Assembly: GCA_964016885.1 (NCBI GenBank)
Contig: OZ024740.1
Span: forward strand, 123,194,001 to 123,258,000
Source of the DNA: Eledone cirrhosa
Taxonomy: Eukaryota
DNA: 64,000 nt
Reading direction: 5' to 3'
Shown piece by piece: positions 13,663 to 26,409 of the stretch (the stretch's first letter is position 1; every line of letters starts with the position of its first letter). The translations under genes and the position numbers were made by a program. The notes under the pieces are model-generated. The model worked only from the letters and a program-made list of their open reading frames with translations, made no database searches and was not told the origin of the DNA.

Positions 13663-13913
13663 TGTATGTATGTATGTATGTATGTATGTATATGGTTATA
13701 CTTGGGGAGGGTCATATTTGCGTAATATTGCCAGAATTAATAACAGAACACACTCACTGTTTGGTTGGTTTTCGCTTCTCGCTGTCTTTTATTATATCTG
13801 CGATCTAACTTACTCGGTCCTCAATGTTGCCATTGACTGACCGGCGGTCAAAAATAATACACATACAATATTGACACAAACACATATATATATATATAGT
13901 TTACATAATTTAC

Positions 13914-13955
13914 ATAAATCTTTCGTTGCACATCTGCAACATCGTCAGTGGTGTT
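13914..13955 (-). ncRNA. Type I hammerhead motif in the PLE 3' pseudo-LTR
   Basis: ca-CTGACGA-t-gttgca-gatg-tgcaac-GAAA-gatt-TA-tg; stem I is weak. Confidence 0.7.
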
Positions 13956-14206
13956 ATATTCATTGTTCCTCCTGTTGTGTTGTATGTCTACGCCATTTTT
14001 TTTATTCAGTCTGTCTATATATTTATTTATTTATTTGCTTGTTTGATTATCTTATTTTATTTTGTCTTCTTTGCGCATGCGTTTGCGTGTGTGTATAGTG
14101 TTTTGTTTGCTGTCTGCAGGGTGACTAGTGTGTGTTTATGTGCTTGTTGTTATTGTGCTTGTGTATGTATTTATTTATCTTATTTTATTTAATTTTATTT
14201 ACTTAT

Positions 14207-16996
14207 TTATACTTCTCTTAGGTCAGTGTTGTTTGTTTGGGTGTTGTTGTTGTTCCACTCATTCTTTCTGTTTAGCTTTGGTCTTCTAATTTCTATTTCA
14301 CTGGCCTCTCTGATTTGCCTATCTGCTGGGTCATTCCTATGTTTAGATATTATTCTAATTTCTATGTTGTCTATGTTACCGTCATGTTGTTGTCTAGCAT
14401 GTTCGTATAGTACTGACCCGTTTTTTCGTCCTTTTAGTTCCCCCCAGTGTTGGTCTATCCTTTCACCTATGCTACGAGCTGTCTCACCTATGTATGTTGT
14501 TGTCATGTTTCTGCAAGTACCCTCTGTACATCTTATGCTATAGACTACGTTTCTAGTTTTACAGTTTATCCGGGGGTTCACCTTACATATGATACACTTC
14601 CTATTGGTACAGTGGGTTTTCTTAAAAGGGTAGGTTTTGCTGATCAGGGATTTTATGGTGGTTCCTGGCTTTTCTACCACCTTTATTTTTAAGTGGGTCT
14701 TTCTCAGGGCCTTTCTACACTGGTTAGCTAATTTCCCTCCAGGGGTGGCGTCCACAAACATGACACTCTGATATCTCTGGTTGTCGTACCATGATGTGGC
14801 CTTCCCTATCTTATGTCTAGCCCTATCTAAGCTATTCCATGATTTGCTCCTGTATAGTGGGCAGATTCCTTTCATGTCCAGTTCTATGAGGGTCTTATAC
14901 TTTTCCATGGCTCCTTCGTATACTCTGACTCTGTCTCTTTGGTTGTAGCCAGAGAACTGCATGCGGTTGATGAAGTGTTGGATGTGTCCTTCCATTTCTG
15001 TTGGGTCGCACATGCTGGACACATTCTTCATCACTCGTACCAAATCTGCGATCAGAATATTAAACTTAGCACTACTGGACATTGCTGAGTTTTTGAGTAT
15101 CAGGTATTTAGAGGCCATGGGTTTAGCATAGTGTGAGTGGAGAATTTGGGCTCTCTCGTCTGTAGTGTTAATCCAGAGTTCTGTGTCTAATACAGGTAGT
15201 CTATTGTTAGGGTGTTTGGAAGGGAAGTCTATAGTTACAGTTATACTCTGGTGTATGGAATTAGCTATCTGCTGGATGCTTTCCATCGTGCTACGTTCTA
15301 AATCAAACTTGTTAGTGCTCTCTAGTGGGGGTGTTCTTATAACTATATTGATATCGTCTACATAACGAGAGTACATGATGAGGTCTATGGAGCTTTCATT
15401 AAGGAGATCTTTAAGTCTCCTTTCCCACCATACCATGAAAAGGTTGGCAACATCACCAGCTATGCTGACGCCGATGGCTGCTCCCTCATTTTGGGTGTAG
15501 ATTTTCTCATTGAACTTAAATATGTGGCCCTTTAGGGTAGTTTTGATACTAGCCCCTATTGCGTGTGCGACCATTTTTCTTACCTGATCAGTGTTTTGGG
15601 GGGTCCGTATGGCTTTGGTCCACCCAATCCACCTTCCTATGGGAGTCTTTTTAGCCATTGAGGTTATGGTGAGGGGTCTACCTCTTATAGGTCTACTAGG
15701 GCAGAAACATCTAAGGTCATGGCTGTCTAGGTAGTCAGTGTCGTAGGTAAGTCTAAGTAGGAGGCCCAGTCCGTCTGTGTCGACGTCGCAGAACTCCACC
15801 TCACTCTCAATGATCATCTCCACACATCTTTTCACAGCAAAATCAATGTTAATGGATGGGTACAGTGACACTACATCCATGCTGCCTATTATGCAGTTGG
15901 ATAGGCTCCTGTTTTTGTTGCACTCACTGATTCTGCTGAGGAGGTCCTCTGTACTTTCACATACATCTGGGGACATCTTGATTATGGGGCGTATAACCAT
16001 TGAGAGGAAGTAGGAGATCCTGTAGTTGCTAGCTATATTAGCTCCGCATACGGGTCTTGTTGGTGGTCCTGTTGTCGGGTCGTCGACTGTCTTGTGGTCT
16101 TTGCGGAGCCCATACAAGGGTGGTATGCCATTGTTAGACGCCTGGAAGTTGTTGGCAGTGCGTCTGCTTGGCTTTAGGATGTCAGTCCACATCATCATGT
16201 GAGCGTTGAGGATTTTTTCTCTCCCATCGTGTGTTAGTTGTGCAACTTCGCTCGTGTTGGTGATGTGGGGTTGCATTGCCTCGATGTAGTTCGGCATGCT
16301 ATCTATTGACATCCTACCAGACTTATCTGTGGGTAGACACACTACCTCACCATCCCTTGTGCGCTGCTTGAGGCTAACCAAGCCTTCTACAGGTTTTCTC
16401 CCAAGTTGTTGGGCCTCTGGTCTGCTCTGTCTCATAGTGTACCTGTCTACTACCTGTCTAATCTTATTTCTAGCTATGGTGAACTGTGCCTCCGTCTCGT
16501 CATCTATTTGCTGTGGTATGCAAACTCTTTTATTAAAGGGTAACCTCGTAGGATAGATATTACCCATCTTATATGTTTTGTCAGCTGGGTTGAAAAATAG
16601 TTTCTCTAAGGGGTTGTCGTTATTTCTATCGTCATAGTTGTGTGTGTTGCTATTATTGTTATCATGGTGGTTGTTGTTGTTTCTATCATTAGCATTATTA
16701 TTATTATTGTTATGACTGCTAGATATATTGTTGTTTACTTCACCGTTATTGTTGTTGTTGTTACTGCTATTTCTACCATTGTGGTTGTTACTATTATTAT
16801 GTTTCTTGTTTTTGTTGATGTTGCTACATGTACTATTTCCTTCCATTATTACCACTGTGGTTATTGTTGTTGTTCGTATTGTTACCGTTATTACTACTGT
16901 GGTCACTGTTGCTGTGTCTGTGGTTAACGTTTCTATTATTATTATTATTGTGGTTGTTGTTGTTCCGTCTATCGCTAGTATTATAGCCATTATCAC
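14207..16996 (-). CDS. PLE polyprotein: reverse transcriptase, Cys-rich linker and GIY-YIG endonuclease; true start uncertain because of an Asn/Thr-rich low-complexity N-terminus
   Basis: PTDKSG, RPVCG, SMDVVSLYPSI (A), QNEGAAIG (B'), RYVDD (C), LPVLD (E); HCTNRKCIIC linker; NVVYSIRC..YIGETAR..R..EH..EASEI..LN. Confidence 0.95.
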   Translation of the reverse strand: MIMAIILAIDGTTTTTIIIIIETLTTDTATVTTVVITVTIRTTTITTVVIMEGNSTCSNINKNKKHNNSNNHNGRNSSNNNNNNGEVNNNISSSHNNNNNNANDRNNNNHHDNNNSNTHNYDDRNNDNPLEKLFFNPADKTYKMGNIYPTRLPFNKRVCIPQQIDDETEAQFTIARNKIRQVVDRYTMRQSRPEAQQLGRKPVEGLVSLKQRTRDGEVVCLPTDKSGRMSIDSMPNYIEAMQPHITNTSEVAQLTHDGREKILNAHMMMWTDILKPSRRTANNFQASNNGIPPLYGLRKDHKTVDDPTTGPPTRPVCGANIASNYRISYFLSMVIRPIIKMSPDVCESTEDLLSRISECNKNRSLSNCIIGSMDVVSLYPSINIDFAVKRCVEMIIESEVEFCDVDTDGLGLLLRLTYDTDYLDSHDLRCFCPSRPIRGRPLTITSMAKKTPIGRWIGWTKAIRTPQNTDQVRKMVAHAIGASIKTTLKGHIFKFNEKIYTQNEGAAIGVSIAGDVANLFMVWWERRLKDLLNESSIDLIMYSRYVDDINIVIRTPPLESTNKFDLERSTMESIQQIANSIHQSITVTIDFPSKHPNNRLPVLDTELWINTTDERAQILHSHYAKPMASKYLILKNSAMSSSAKFNILIADLVRVMKNVSSMCDPTEMEGHIQHFINRMQFSGYNQRDRVRVYEGAMEKYKTLIELDMKGICPLYRSKSWNSLDRARHKIGKATSWYDNQRYQSVMFVDATPGGKLANQCRKALRKTHLKIKVVEKPGTTIKSLISKTYPFKKTHCTNRKCIICKVNPRINCKTRNVVYSIRCTEGTCRNMTTTYIGETARSIGERIDQHWGELKGRKNGSVLYEHARQQHDGNIDNIEIRIISKHRNDPADRQIREASEIEIRRPKLNRKNEWNNNNTQTNNTDLREV

Positions 16997-17031
16997 TATT
17001 TCTCACTTTCCTGCCATATATATATATATAT

Positions 17032-17786
17032 GGAATAGAATGAAACGAAATTTCATTTCGCACTCTTAGTACGGCACTTACTTAAAGTAAGTATGCATGT
17101 ATGTATACGTACATACATATATGTATACAGACGTACAGTAGTATGTATATATATATATATATATATATACATACATGCTCACATATATATATACACGTAT
17201 CGGTTTACTGAACATTTATTATAATGCTGCGTTTGTTTGTTTGTATACAAACAAACAGCCCGAATTACGCCGTCCAGTGTTTAGCAACCACGTCACCTTT
17301 TTGTTCAACACTGAAACAGGAACGATGTACTAGTTTCAAGCTTATTAGCTATCGTCAGCATCGTATACCTTCCTGCCAGATGGTTGAACGTCTGAAAGTA
17401 TATACTTTCCTTATGCATATTAACGGCTGGGCAGCCTCATTTGCTAATCGAGTGAGTTCACTCGGCCGGGCGCACCGAAAACGATAAATGGAATAGAATG
17501 AAACGAAATTTCATTTCTCAATCTTAGTACGGCACTTACTTAAATGAAAGTATGCATGTATGTATACGTACATACATATATGTATACATACGTACAGTAG
17601 TATGTGTATATATATACATACATGCTCACATATATATATGCACGTATCGGTTTACCGAACATTTATTATAATGCTCGGTTTGTTTGTTTGTAAATTGGGC
17701 TGTTTGTTTGTTTTGTTTGTAAATTGTGCTGTTTGTTTGTTTGTTTTTAAACAAACAAACAGCTCCATTTACGTTTAGGCAACCAC

Positions 17787-17790
<4 letters not shown>
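17032..17790 (-). mobile_element. Non-coding partial-tandem element (period about 457 nt) carrying an HHR and flanked by (TA)n
   Basis: 17032-17245 is repeated at 17489-17695; no credible ORF. Confidence 0.75.
17322..17364 (-). ncRNA. Minimal type I hammerhead ribozyme
   Basis: acgatg-CTGACGA-t-agct-aata-agct-t-GAAA-ctag-TA-catcgt: 6-bp stem I, palindromic ACTAGT stem III, GUA site. Confidence 0.88.
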
Positions 17791-17834
<44 letters not shown>

Positions 17835-17836
<2 letters not shown>

Positions 17837-18332
17837 TATTTTCCTCAGCTGCGATTGACTGTTTCTTTTTTACTGTATCTCTCACCTTTTTTTACCCCCT
17901 CTGCCAGTCACACTCTTTCTCTCAGCTGGCCTCTTCCTCACACTTCCACTCACTAACTCTCTGCTTCTCTCCCTCTCTCACTTCCTCCCGTTTGACCTGT
18001 GTGAAATCCTTTTCCCGCTCACATCTCACCCAGGTTGGATGGTCTGTATCTCTCGTCCATGATTTCACCAAGCTTAAGCTTATAGATATCATGTACTTGT
18101 CTCTTCCTATCTTTCCGTTGCAATACCATCGTTGTTTGTTTACATGTCTCGCTCGCTTCATCCTATTTTACTTGTCCCAATAACTTTATTTAGTTATTGC
18201 TCGCAACAACCAGAGATATATGATTTTTAAAGCGATGAAATACCAATGAATGTTGGAAGATCACTGATGAAGGACTAATTTTATTCATATGTAACCCATG
18301 TGCAACCACGCAGCACTCCATTTTTCTTATAT
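17835..18332 (+). repeat. About 500-nt (TA)n-flanked non-coding repeat unit; homologous 1.15-mer at 44032-44622
   Basis: Shared blocks CTGCGATT, CTCTTCCTCACACTTCCACTCACT, AATAACTT..TTTAGTTATT and ATCACTGATGA.GGACT. Confidence 0.7.
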
Positions 18333-18337
18333 ATATA

Positions 18338-18752
18338 TAACACCAACCACGTTTACAATATGGACTGGGAGGGTTTTACCTGTTAACTACACGGCCACAT
18401 TACAGTGTGCACTGTGTGTCTTTTTGTCGTGACACCTACACGACCTCACTTATTTAGGATCGGATGTGGTAGCACCAACATAACTTTACAGGGAAAGGGG
18501 TGGTGTAGATGGTGTGGGTGTAGGGGTAGCGGGATGGGGGTGTATTTTTGGTTTAGAGGTGCCTACTGACTGTAGGTTTCGGTTTGTACTTAGGCAAGGT
18601 GGGTCTTCTATATTACTGCATAGCGCCAAAGATCTCAGTCTAGTGACATTGTCTTGGAGAGGTGTAAGTGTGTAAGGGCGGAATTTATAAAATCGTCCCA
18701 AGTTTTTCTGGGTCTGCCTACTCCGTAGCTTCCAAATATATATATATACATG

Positions 18753-18823
<71 letters not shown>

Positions 18824-19450
18824 GGAAGCTTCGGAGTAGACAGACCCAATAAACCTGGGGCGATTTGATAAATTCCATATATATATATATATATATATGA
18901 AAGCTACGGAGTAGGCAGACCCAGAAAAACCTGGACAATTTGATAAATTCCGCCCTTACACACTTACACCTCTCCAACCAATGTCACTCGACCGAGATCT
19001 TTGGCGCTACGCAGTAATATAGAATACCTGCCTTGCCTAACTACAAAGCGAAACCTACAGTCAGTAGTCACCTCTTAACCAAAAATACACCCCCATCCCA
19101 CTACCCCTACCCCCACCCCCATCTGCACCACCCCTTTCTCTGTAAAGTTATGTTGGTACCACAACATCCCGTCCTAAATAAATGAGGTCGTGTAGGTGTC
19201 ACACAAAAAAACACACAGTCCACACTGTAATGTGGCCGTGTAGTTAACATGGTAAAGCCCTCCCAGTCCACATTGTAAACGTGGTTGGTGTTAGGAAGGG
19301 CACCCAGCCATAGAAAACCTCCCAGACCGTCCTATAAGAGCAAGACAACCAATATTGCCTCAAGTGGGACAATTCCCGTCTAAACCCATGCTAGCGTGGA
19401 AGATAGACGTTAAACGACGATGATGATGATGATGATGATGATGATGATAC
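18338..19450. mobile_element. Two RTE family A 3' fragments head-to-head around a (TA)n spacer, plus a 55-nt third copy
   Basis: 18340-18733 is the reverse complement of 18900-19290; 18823-18878 duplicates the same 5' truncation point; (GAT)n tail at 19418. Confidence 0.88.
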
Positions 19451-20242
19451 ATATGTATATATATATATACACATATACATATATATACATACAGTCTAAC
19501 GTATAAATACACTCATAGACAAACATACATTTATATACATGTATGCAAGTGTATATATATATATAAGTGTGTGTGCATGATAAAGAGAAAGCAAGTGGCA
19601 AAGAGGTGAAATAAAGTGGATGATTAAACTCAACTAATGATCAAAGAAACCCTTAAGAAACAACATCAAATAATTAGATCCGAATTTTAAACAAATATAT
19701 ATAAAAAAAATTAACTGCATAAGCAAATAAACCACGAAATAAATCAAATATTTTTCATGAGTCACTTGTGTAAAAATAAAAAAAGATAATATGAAGAAGT
19801 TTCTGTGAATAACTTCTCTCCTATAATTGATAGTTACATGAGTGATTTTGTTTGATGTCTCAAGTGGCATGATGTCTCAAGTTAGCATTAAAACCAGCCA
19901 TATCCATCCAGAATTATTTCACCACTGTCTGTTCCAACTGGCTGTAACCGGCCATTTATACTAATGCTAAGGTATTGTTCTCAAAATAAATAAAATCCAA
20001 ATCTCATAGATTTGTTATGTGAGAGTAAAGGCTTTACCAAGGTAAAGTCTATACAGTGAAAATATAATAGTATATATAGAGTAATGTAAATGCTAAGGGG
20101 TTTACATGTTAACTGCAGCTACTCTTTTTTGTATTACACAGTTGGATTAGCACATATTGTAATGCACGGATGACTATCTAATTTATGATTATGTTGGTGG
20201 AAATTAGAGAGAGAGCATATAATAGAGACATCTATAATGGTG

Positions 20243-20581
20243 TTAACCCTTTAGCATTCACATTATTTTATATATACTAGGTTAACTTTGCCTTTCATCC
20301 TTACGCGGTCGTTAAAATAAAGTACCAGTAATGCATTGGATAAATGCGGGCCTTGTGCCAAAAGTAGAAACGATTATTCTATATATACTATTATATTTTC
20401 ATGGTAAATGCTTTAACTCACATAATTATCTCACATAATATCGAATCTATGAGATTTTGAAAGTATTTATTTTGAGAACAATAGCTTAACATCAGTTTGA
20501 GTGACCAGTTACAGACAGTTTCAACCGAAAGAGGTAGAGAATTCTGGCCGGTTTTGGCCGGTTTAAACACTAAAGGGTTAA
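20243..20581. mobile_element. piggyBac-like MITE remnant with a SINE family 1 fragment inserted (20279-20378)
   Basis: TTAACCCTTTAG...CTAAAGGGTTAA termini; decayed relative at about 19880-20105. Confidence 0.6.
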
Positions 20582-20690
20582 AGAGAAGCCATTGATGGAT
20601 AACAAACTTATGAAATATATCAAGCAAAAGATGTCAATATTTAACACTTTAAATGTGTTTGCGTGTAAGTGTTTTCATATGGGTATCTGA

Positions 20691-20799
<109 letters not shown>

Positions 20800-21989
20800 A
20801 GTTAAGCCTTTAAAGATCACCCTGCTCAAAAATGTCTCTATTAAATTCTCCAAATTAAATTTTTAACTGACATTTTCTTATTAGATGGCAAATAAAAATA
20901 CATTTTAGTAGTCAAAACAATTTGTAATCAAGTTGAAACACAATGATGACATATACTTGTTCGAAATATGGTTACAAAATTGTTCAATGATAAATATTTT
21001 GGAGGTCAGAAAATATTGTCTATGTGTAGTAGTATGTCAACCAAAACATCTAAGTATAACACTTCTCTATAACTACAAAATTGTGTATTTTCTTTTCAAA
21101 ATTGTTTTGGATAGCAAGAGTTATGAGTCAGACAACATGTCATTCTCTCAGATGCAATTTGTTGTATTTTAATTTCTATTAGAAACGTTTTTGTATTTAT
21201 TACTGTATATACACCTATATAAGCCAACCCATATTGTATGTCTGAAAAATAAACAAATATTTAAACACCACTTAAAAGTCAAGAAAGGCAATCAACTCAT
21301 TATGTTTAAAAGTTGGATTTTGAAATTCTCATGAGTAGAACATATATATATCAAATTTTATTATTTTGATATGAAAATGTTTTATGTATCATTCCACTAC
21401 AAAGTGGACGTGTAGGCGCCACAGAAAAGAAAAAGCACCCAGCAGTCACTATAAATGAGGTTGGTGTTAGGAAGGGCATCCAGCTGTATAAATCAAGCCA
21501 GAACCAGTTCCCGTCATACCCTTGCAAGCAGGGAAAAGCGGACGTAAAATGTTGAAAATAATGATTTGTTTACCAATTTTGGATGGTTTTGAAGGTCATA
21601 TTAATCAAAAACAAAAGTATATTGTTGGTTGGTATGCTTAGAGTTGATATCTTGTTAAAGTGATAGTATGTATTATGTAATTCAGTATGAAATATAGTGT
21701 CCAATACATAAGCCTTCGCTAAATTACAAGGTTGTCTTATTATACTAGCATATGGTCAACATCCCTCAAAAATCCTCCATATGAATTAGTAGCTTCAATT
21801 GGGTTCTTAGAAATTTCAATTATGCTGGGGAATTTTGTGGAAGTTTGGTTATAAACATATCTGAAGGACATGTAGTATATAGAGTCATCATCATCATCAT
21901 AGCCCATTTCTTTCTGCTGCTGCCATAAAGTAAATGTTTTTTTAAAGACCAATTCAGTACTTAATTGGCATTACTGTACTTACTATCTT

Positions 21990-22430
21990 AAATTTGATAT
22001 TCATACCAACCCTTGCCTATGGTCATGACTGTTGGGTAATGACTGAATGAATACGATCACAAATGCAAGTGGCTGAAATGGAGTTCCTCTGAAGAGTCTT
22101 TGAAGTAATGTTACTTGACAGTGTATGTAGCTCAGAGATCACAGAGTCACTTCCGGTAGAGATACCAGCTCCGGTATTTAGGCCCTGTGTTTACATTGCC
22201 ACAGAAAAGAATTGCTAGGCAGATTTTATGGGCAAAGTCATCTGGCAGGAGACCCAGGAGTAGACAGAACGCAATATGTTTGGATAAAATCCATGAGCTT
22301 GGCTGACCTGCTTGGGGATTCAGCTGGATCAGTTGGGAGATGGTTGCTTCTGACAGTGCCTGCAGGAAGGAATGATTGGGGACTCTGCTCGATGCCCCTC
22401 TCAAGGATAAGTGAGCAAAGAAGAAGATAA
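21990..22430 (+). mobile_element. Old RTE/Expander-like RT C-terminal remnant
   Basis: PTLAYGHDCWVMTE..QVAEMEFL motif and a GRRPR-type motif, with stops. Confidence 0.7.
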
Positions 22431-22729
22431 TTACCTCTACCACATAGTTTCAATTCAGCCAAACAAATTATACTAGTTTCATAGAAATTGCTAGATAACT
22501 TTTTACTATTATTGAATTTCAGACTGACAAAATCGCATGTCTGAGCCCATTCTCCATATAAAGAGAACAGAAAATAAAAAAAATCTACTCCACAATTAGA
22601 CATAAGAAGGACTGTCAGTAAGCCAGTGTGTGAATGGAGACAGACAACTGGTATAATAATACAGTACTAGAATCATATATGATGGCAGATTAATTGCAAT
22701 GATAAATAATAAATCTTAATCATTTTTCA

Positions 22730-22771
22730 CATACACACTCTCACACACACACACACATGTATATATGTATT

Positions 22772-22809
<38 letters not shown>

Positions 22810-22973
22810 CGCTGTTTGGAGCCTGCAAAATTACAAATGAACACACGCAGATAACCACACACATAAATACATTTATACAACCCCATGCAACCACATTAAA
22901 TAAATAAACATATATATATATATATATACATATATATACACACATACATACACACACACACCCACACACACAC

Positions 22974-23030
<57 letters not shown>

Positions 23031-24871
23031 CACAAATACATATATACACACATACATACCCCCCCCACACACATATATATATATATATATATGTACACAT
23101 GCACACACATATATATATAACAAATATATATATAAAAATAAAAGTAAATGTGTTAGGTGGTTCCGAAGAGAAATCAAAAGAAAAAACGAATGCTCTATGT
23201 ATAGAACAGAGCATTAAAATTATATAAATATATATAAACATATTTTGCTGTTGAAAGAATGTGATAAAGGCAAAGGTAAAACGAGTGCTCTATGTATAGA
23301 ACAGAGCTGTAAAAAATTTAGTTGTTGAAAGTATGTGTTAAAGGCCCAAGGTGGTAAAATAAGAGAGAATGTTCAGGAAAAGATTTAGTCAAGAAGTGAA
23401 TGATATGTGAAATAAAGTAAAATAAAATAAGTGTTGAATATATAAAGAAAGGGAGATATCTCTATGGGTTCCTTTGACAGTTCCGATGTGTGTGATTTGG
23501 TCGGTTTATTCCTTATACATACAATAAGGGAAAACTCCCAGGTGATACCATTGGGTAATATCGAGATGACAGACTAACAGTCTCTCATACCACAAATGGC
23601 CATGACCTCGACACTTTTAGTAAAGATTTAATTAAACTATTCTCTGACCTAAATCTTAAGATTACTATAGATACTAATCTTGCCAACGTAAATTTCCTTG
23701 ATGTAAACATTGAGTTACTCACTGCTTCATTTAAACCTTACCATAAACCTAATGAGAATCTTAAATATATAAATAAACAATCATGCCACCCTCCCATAGT
23801 ATTCAAAAACCTCATCCCTAATATTAGCTGTATCTTCCCTCTCCTCTTCTGAAGAAATATTTAATAAAGCAGCCCCTTACTATAATAAGGCCCTTAAAAT
23901 AGCGGATTCACAGAACAAATTAAATATATTCCTAACCTCTCTAATCCTTCTACACATATTAATAGGAAAAGAAAAATAATCTACCGGAGAACGTTATGTG
24001 GGCATGATCCAGGATACCTTTAAAAAAGATACTATGGACACGTTGCTTCCTTTCGAGACCAGGATAAAAAGAAAACTATGGCGCTGGCAAATAGAGTATT
24101 GAGATGAAAGAGCGTGGGATCCCATATGAAATTGATTGGTCTACCTTCGACCAATCAAAATAATAAGTTAAAGGCACAAGAAGGTGTACCTTGTGCGTAA
24201 GAGAAACATAGAATTCCACAGAATCTGAAATCTCCTAACACCTGTCTTAACTCTAATTCTGAGATATTTAAAATTTGCCCACATATAAAACTCATCTCCT
24301 TTCTCGGTATGAAAACACCATTTTGGACACTTACCCACCTTGAACACTCTCTCCTCTTCACACCCTCAACACTTTTCATATATTACACCATTGAACACTC
24401 TTTCTTTATATATTCAACACTTATTTTATTTTACTTTATTTTACACTTATTTTACATATTATTAACTTCTTGACTTCATCTTTCTTGAACATTCTGTTTT
24501 ATTTTACACCTTGGACCTTTATCACATACTTTCAACAACAAAATATTCTTTACAGCTCTGTTCTATACATAGAGCACTAGTGTTTCCTTTGCGTTTATCT
24601 CATTCTTTCAACAACAACATATATTTATATACATTTATATATTTTTAATGCTCTTTTCTATACATAGAACACTCGTTTTTCCTTTGATTTCTCTTCGGAA
24701 CCATCTAACACGTTTATTTTTATTTTTATATATATCTTGTCTATATGTGTGTGTGTGTGCATGTGTGTATGTGTATGTGTATGTATGTGTACATATATAT
24801 ATATGTGTATGTTTGTGTGTCTATATGTATATGTATGTTTGTGTGTATATATGTATTTGTGTATGTATGTG

Positions 24872-24953
<82 letters not shown>

Positions 24954-24960
24954 TGTATGT
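22730..24960 (+). mobile_element. Decayed, internally deleted Penelope/Poseidon-type PLE with inverted terminal arms
   Basis: MGSFDSSDVCDLVGLFL, YRDD, VNFLDV, KPYHKPN and SCHPP (23463-24240); about 23110-23455 is the reverse complement of about 24395-24740, extending into mirrored microsatellites. Confidence 0.85.
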
Positions 24961-25187
24961 GATATATGTGAGTGTGTATATGTATTTGTATTTGTATATG
25001 TCTGAATATGTTTTTATGTGTGTGTGTAATCTATATATATATATGCGTATGTGTGTGTATAGTTATATTTTATGTTGTTCATTTTCTAATTAAATAGGTC
25101 TGTTTTATACAAAGAGCACTCTTTTTTCGTTTGCTTTTCCCTTGGAATTACGTAACACACACACACACACACACACACATAAATATA

Positions 25188-25249
<62 letters not shown>

Positions 25250-25250
25250 C

Positions 25251-25333
<83 letters not shown>

Positions 25334-25344
25334 TAGATAGATAT

Positions 25345-26185
25345 ATATAATAAAGTATGAACTATTTCGTGTGCAAAGACAAAAGGCAGGGTGGACAGGT
25401 CAGTGTCCTGCCACTAGAAATACCAGCAGTCCAAACAGCGAAAATTGTATCTCTACCTTAGGGGGGATGAATAATAATAAAGTATGAATTCCTACGTGTA
25501 AAAAATATATATTGGGAAACGAATATTATCCAACCGTATGGCAATGTGGTTCTATGGCGGTTTAATAAATTAACTACCCAGAACTTATAAAATCAATGTC
25601 TAGCAAATAGAGAAAAAGTTTTAAAATAAATTTTAAAAAATTCGCTGTACTTACTATACGTTTTAAAACTTTTTCTCTATTTACTAGACCTTGATTTTAT
25701 ATGTTCTGGCTTGTTAATTTATTAACCCGCCATAGAACCACATTGGCATACGGTTGGATCATACTTGTTTCCCTATATGTATTTTTTACTCAAAGTAATT
25801 CATATTTTATTATTATTGATCTCCCCCTAACGTATAGATAAAGTTTGGCCGTTTGGACTGCTGCTATTTCTAGTCGCAGGACATTGACCTGCCCACGCTG
25901 CCTTTTGTCTTTGCACACGGCACCAGACAGAATTATTTCTTTCATCATTCGCTCTCATTTGGCAATGATTTTGTATGGCGTCAGTTTGTGATTTGAACTC
26001 GGGAATTTTATATTCTCCGAGGGAGAAGAGCCTTCTGAAAATTGGTCCCTTCTCAATGGAAATCCGCTTGAATTTTGCGTTTATTCTGGAGCCTGAAACC
26101 GCGGTAATGGCACATATAGTAAGTACAGCGATTTTTTTAAAATTTATTTTAAAACTTATTCTCTATTTGCTAGACCTTGATTCTA
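25345..26185. mobile_element. Pseudo-LTR-like fold-back cassette with a degenerate HHR at 26030-26111
   Basis: 25368-25625 is inverted at 25662-25920; gcctt-CTGAAAA-..ggagcct-GAAA-ccgcgg-TA-atggc. Confidence 0.7.
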
Positions 26186-26235
26186 TATATATATATATAT
26201 ACTTATATATATATAATGAAGGTCTAGCAAATAGA

Positions 26236-26271
<36 letters not shown>

Positions 26272-26409
26272 AGTGTAAGTTTCTACACAAAACGAAGGTT
26301 ATAGAGAAAATTGAGGTTGGTAATGGCACATGGAATATATAAGAGACAGAATACTTTTTTGTGAAAAAACATATAATTTTATAAGGTAAGGAAAGAATAA
26401 AGGGTATAA

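Larger units (their letters stand above)
13692..17016 (-). mobile_element. Young PLE (Neptune/Naiad-like) with about 500-nt 3' pseudo-LTR, between (TATG)n and (TA)n
   Basis: Long ORF plus 3' region homologous to the older copy at 44655-45750. Confidence 0.92.

Noticed and set aside
14226-16556. Plus-strand ORFs opposite the PLE ORF, and similar antisense ORFs over RTE copies
   Set aside because: Antisense shadows of retroelement coding sequence with no independent motifs
23155-23225. CCGAAGA...GAA-tgctct..agagca-TT as a hammerhead
   Set aside because: No stem II, GAAA absent in both arms, and antisense to the element; explained by an internal repeated hairpin
24550-25125. Recurrent about 25-nt repeat CTGTTCTATACATAGAGCACT as a CRISPR-like array
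   Set aside because: Few, irregularly spaced, degenerate copies inside a PLE pseudo-LTR; eukaryotic context and no cas genes
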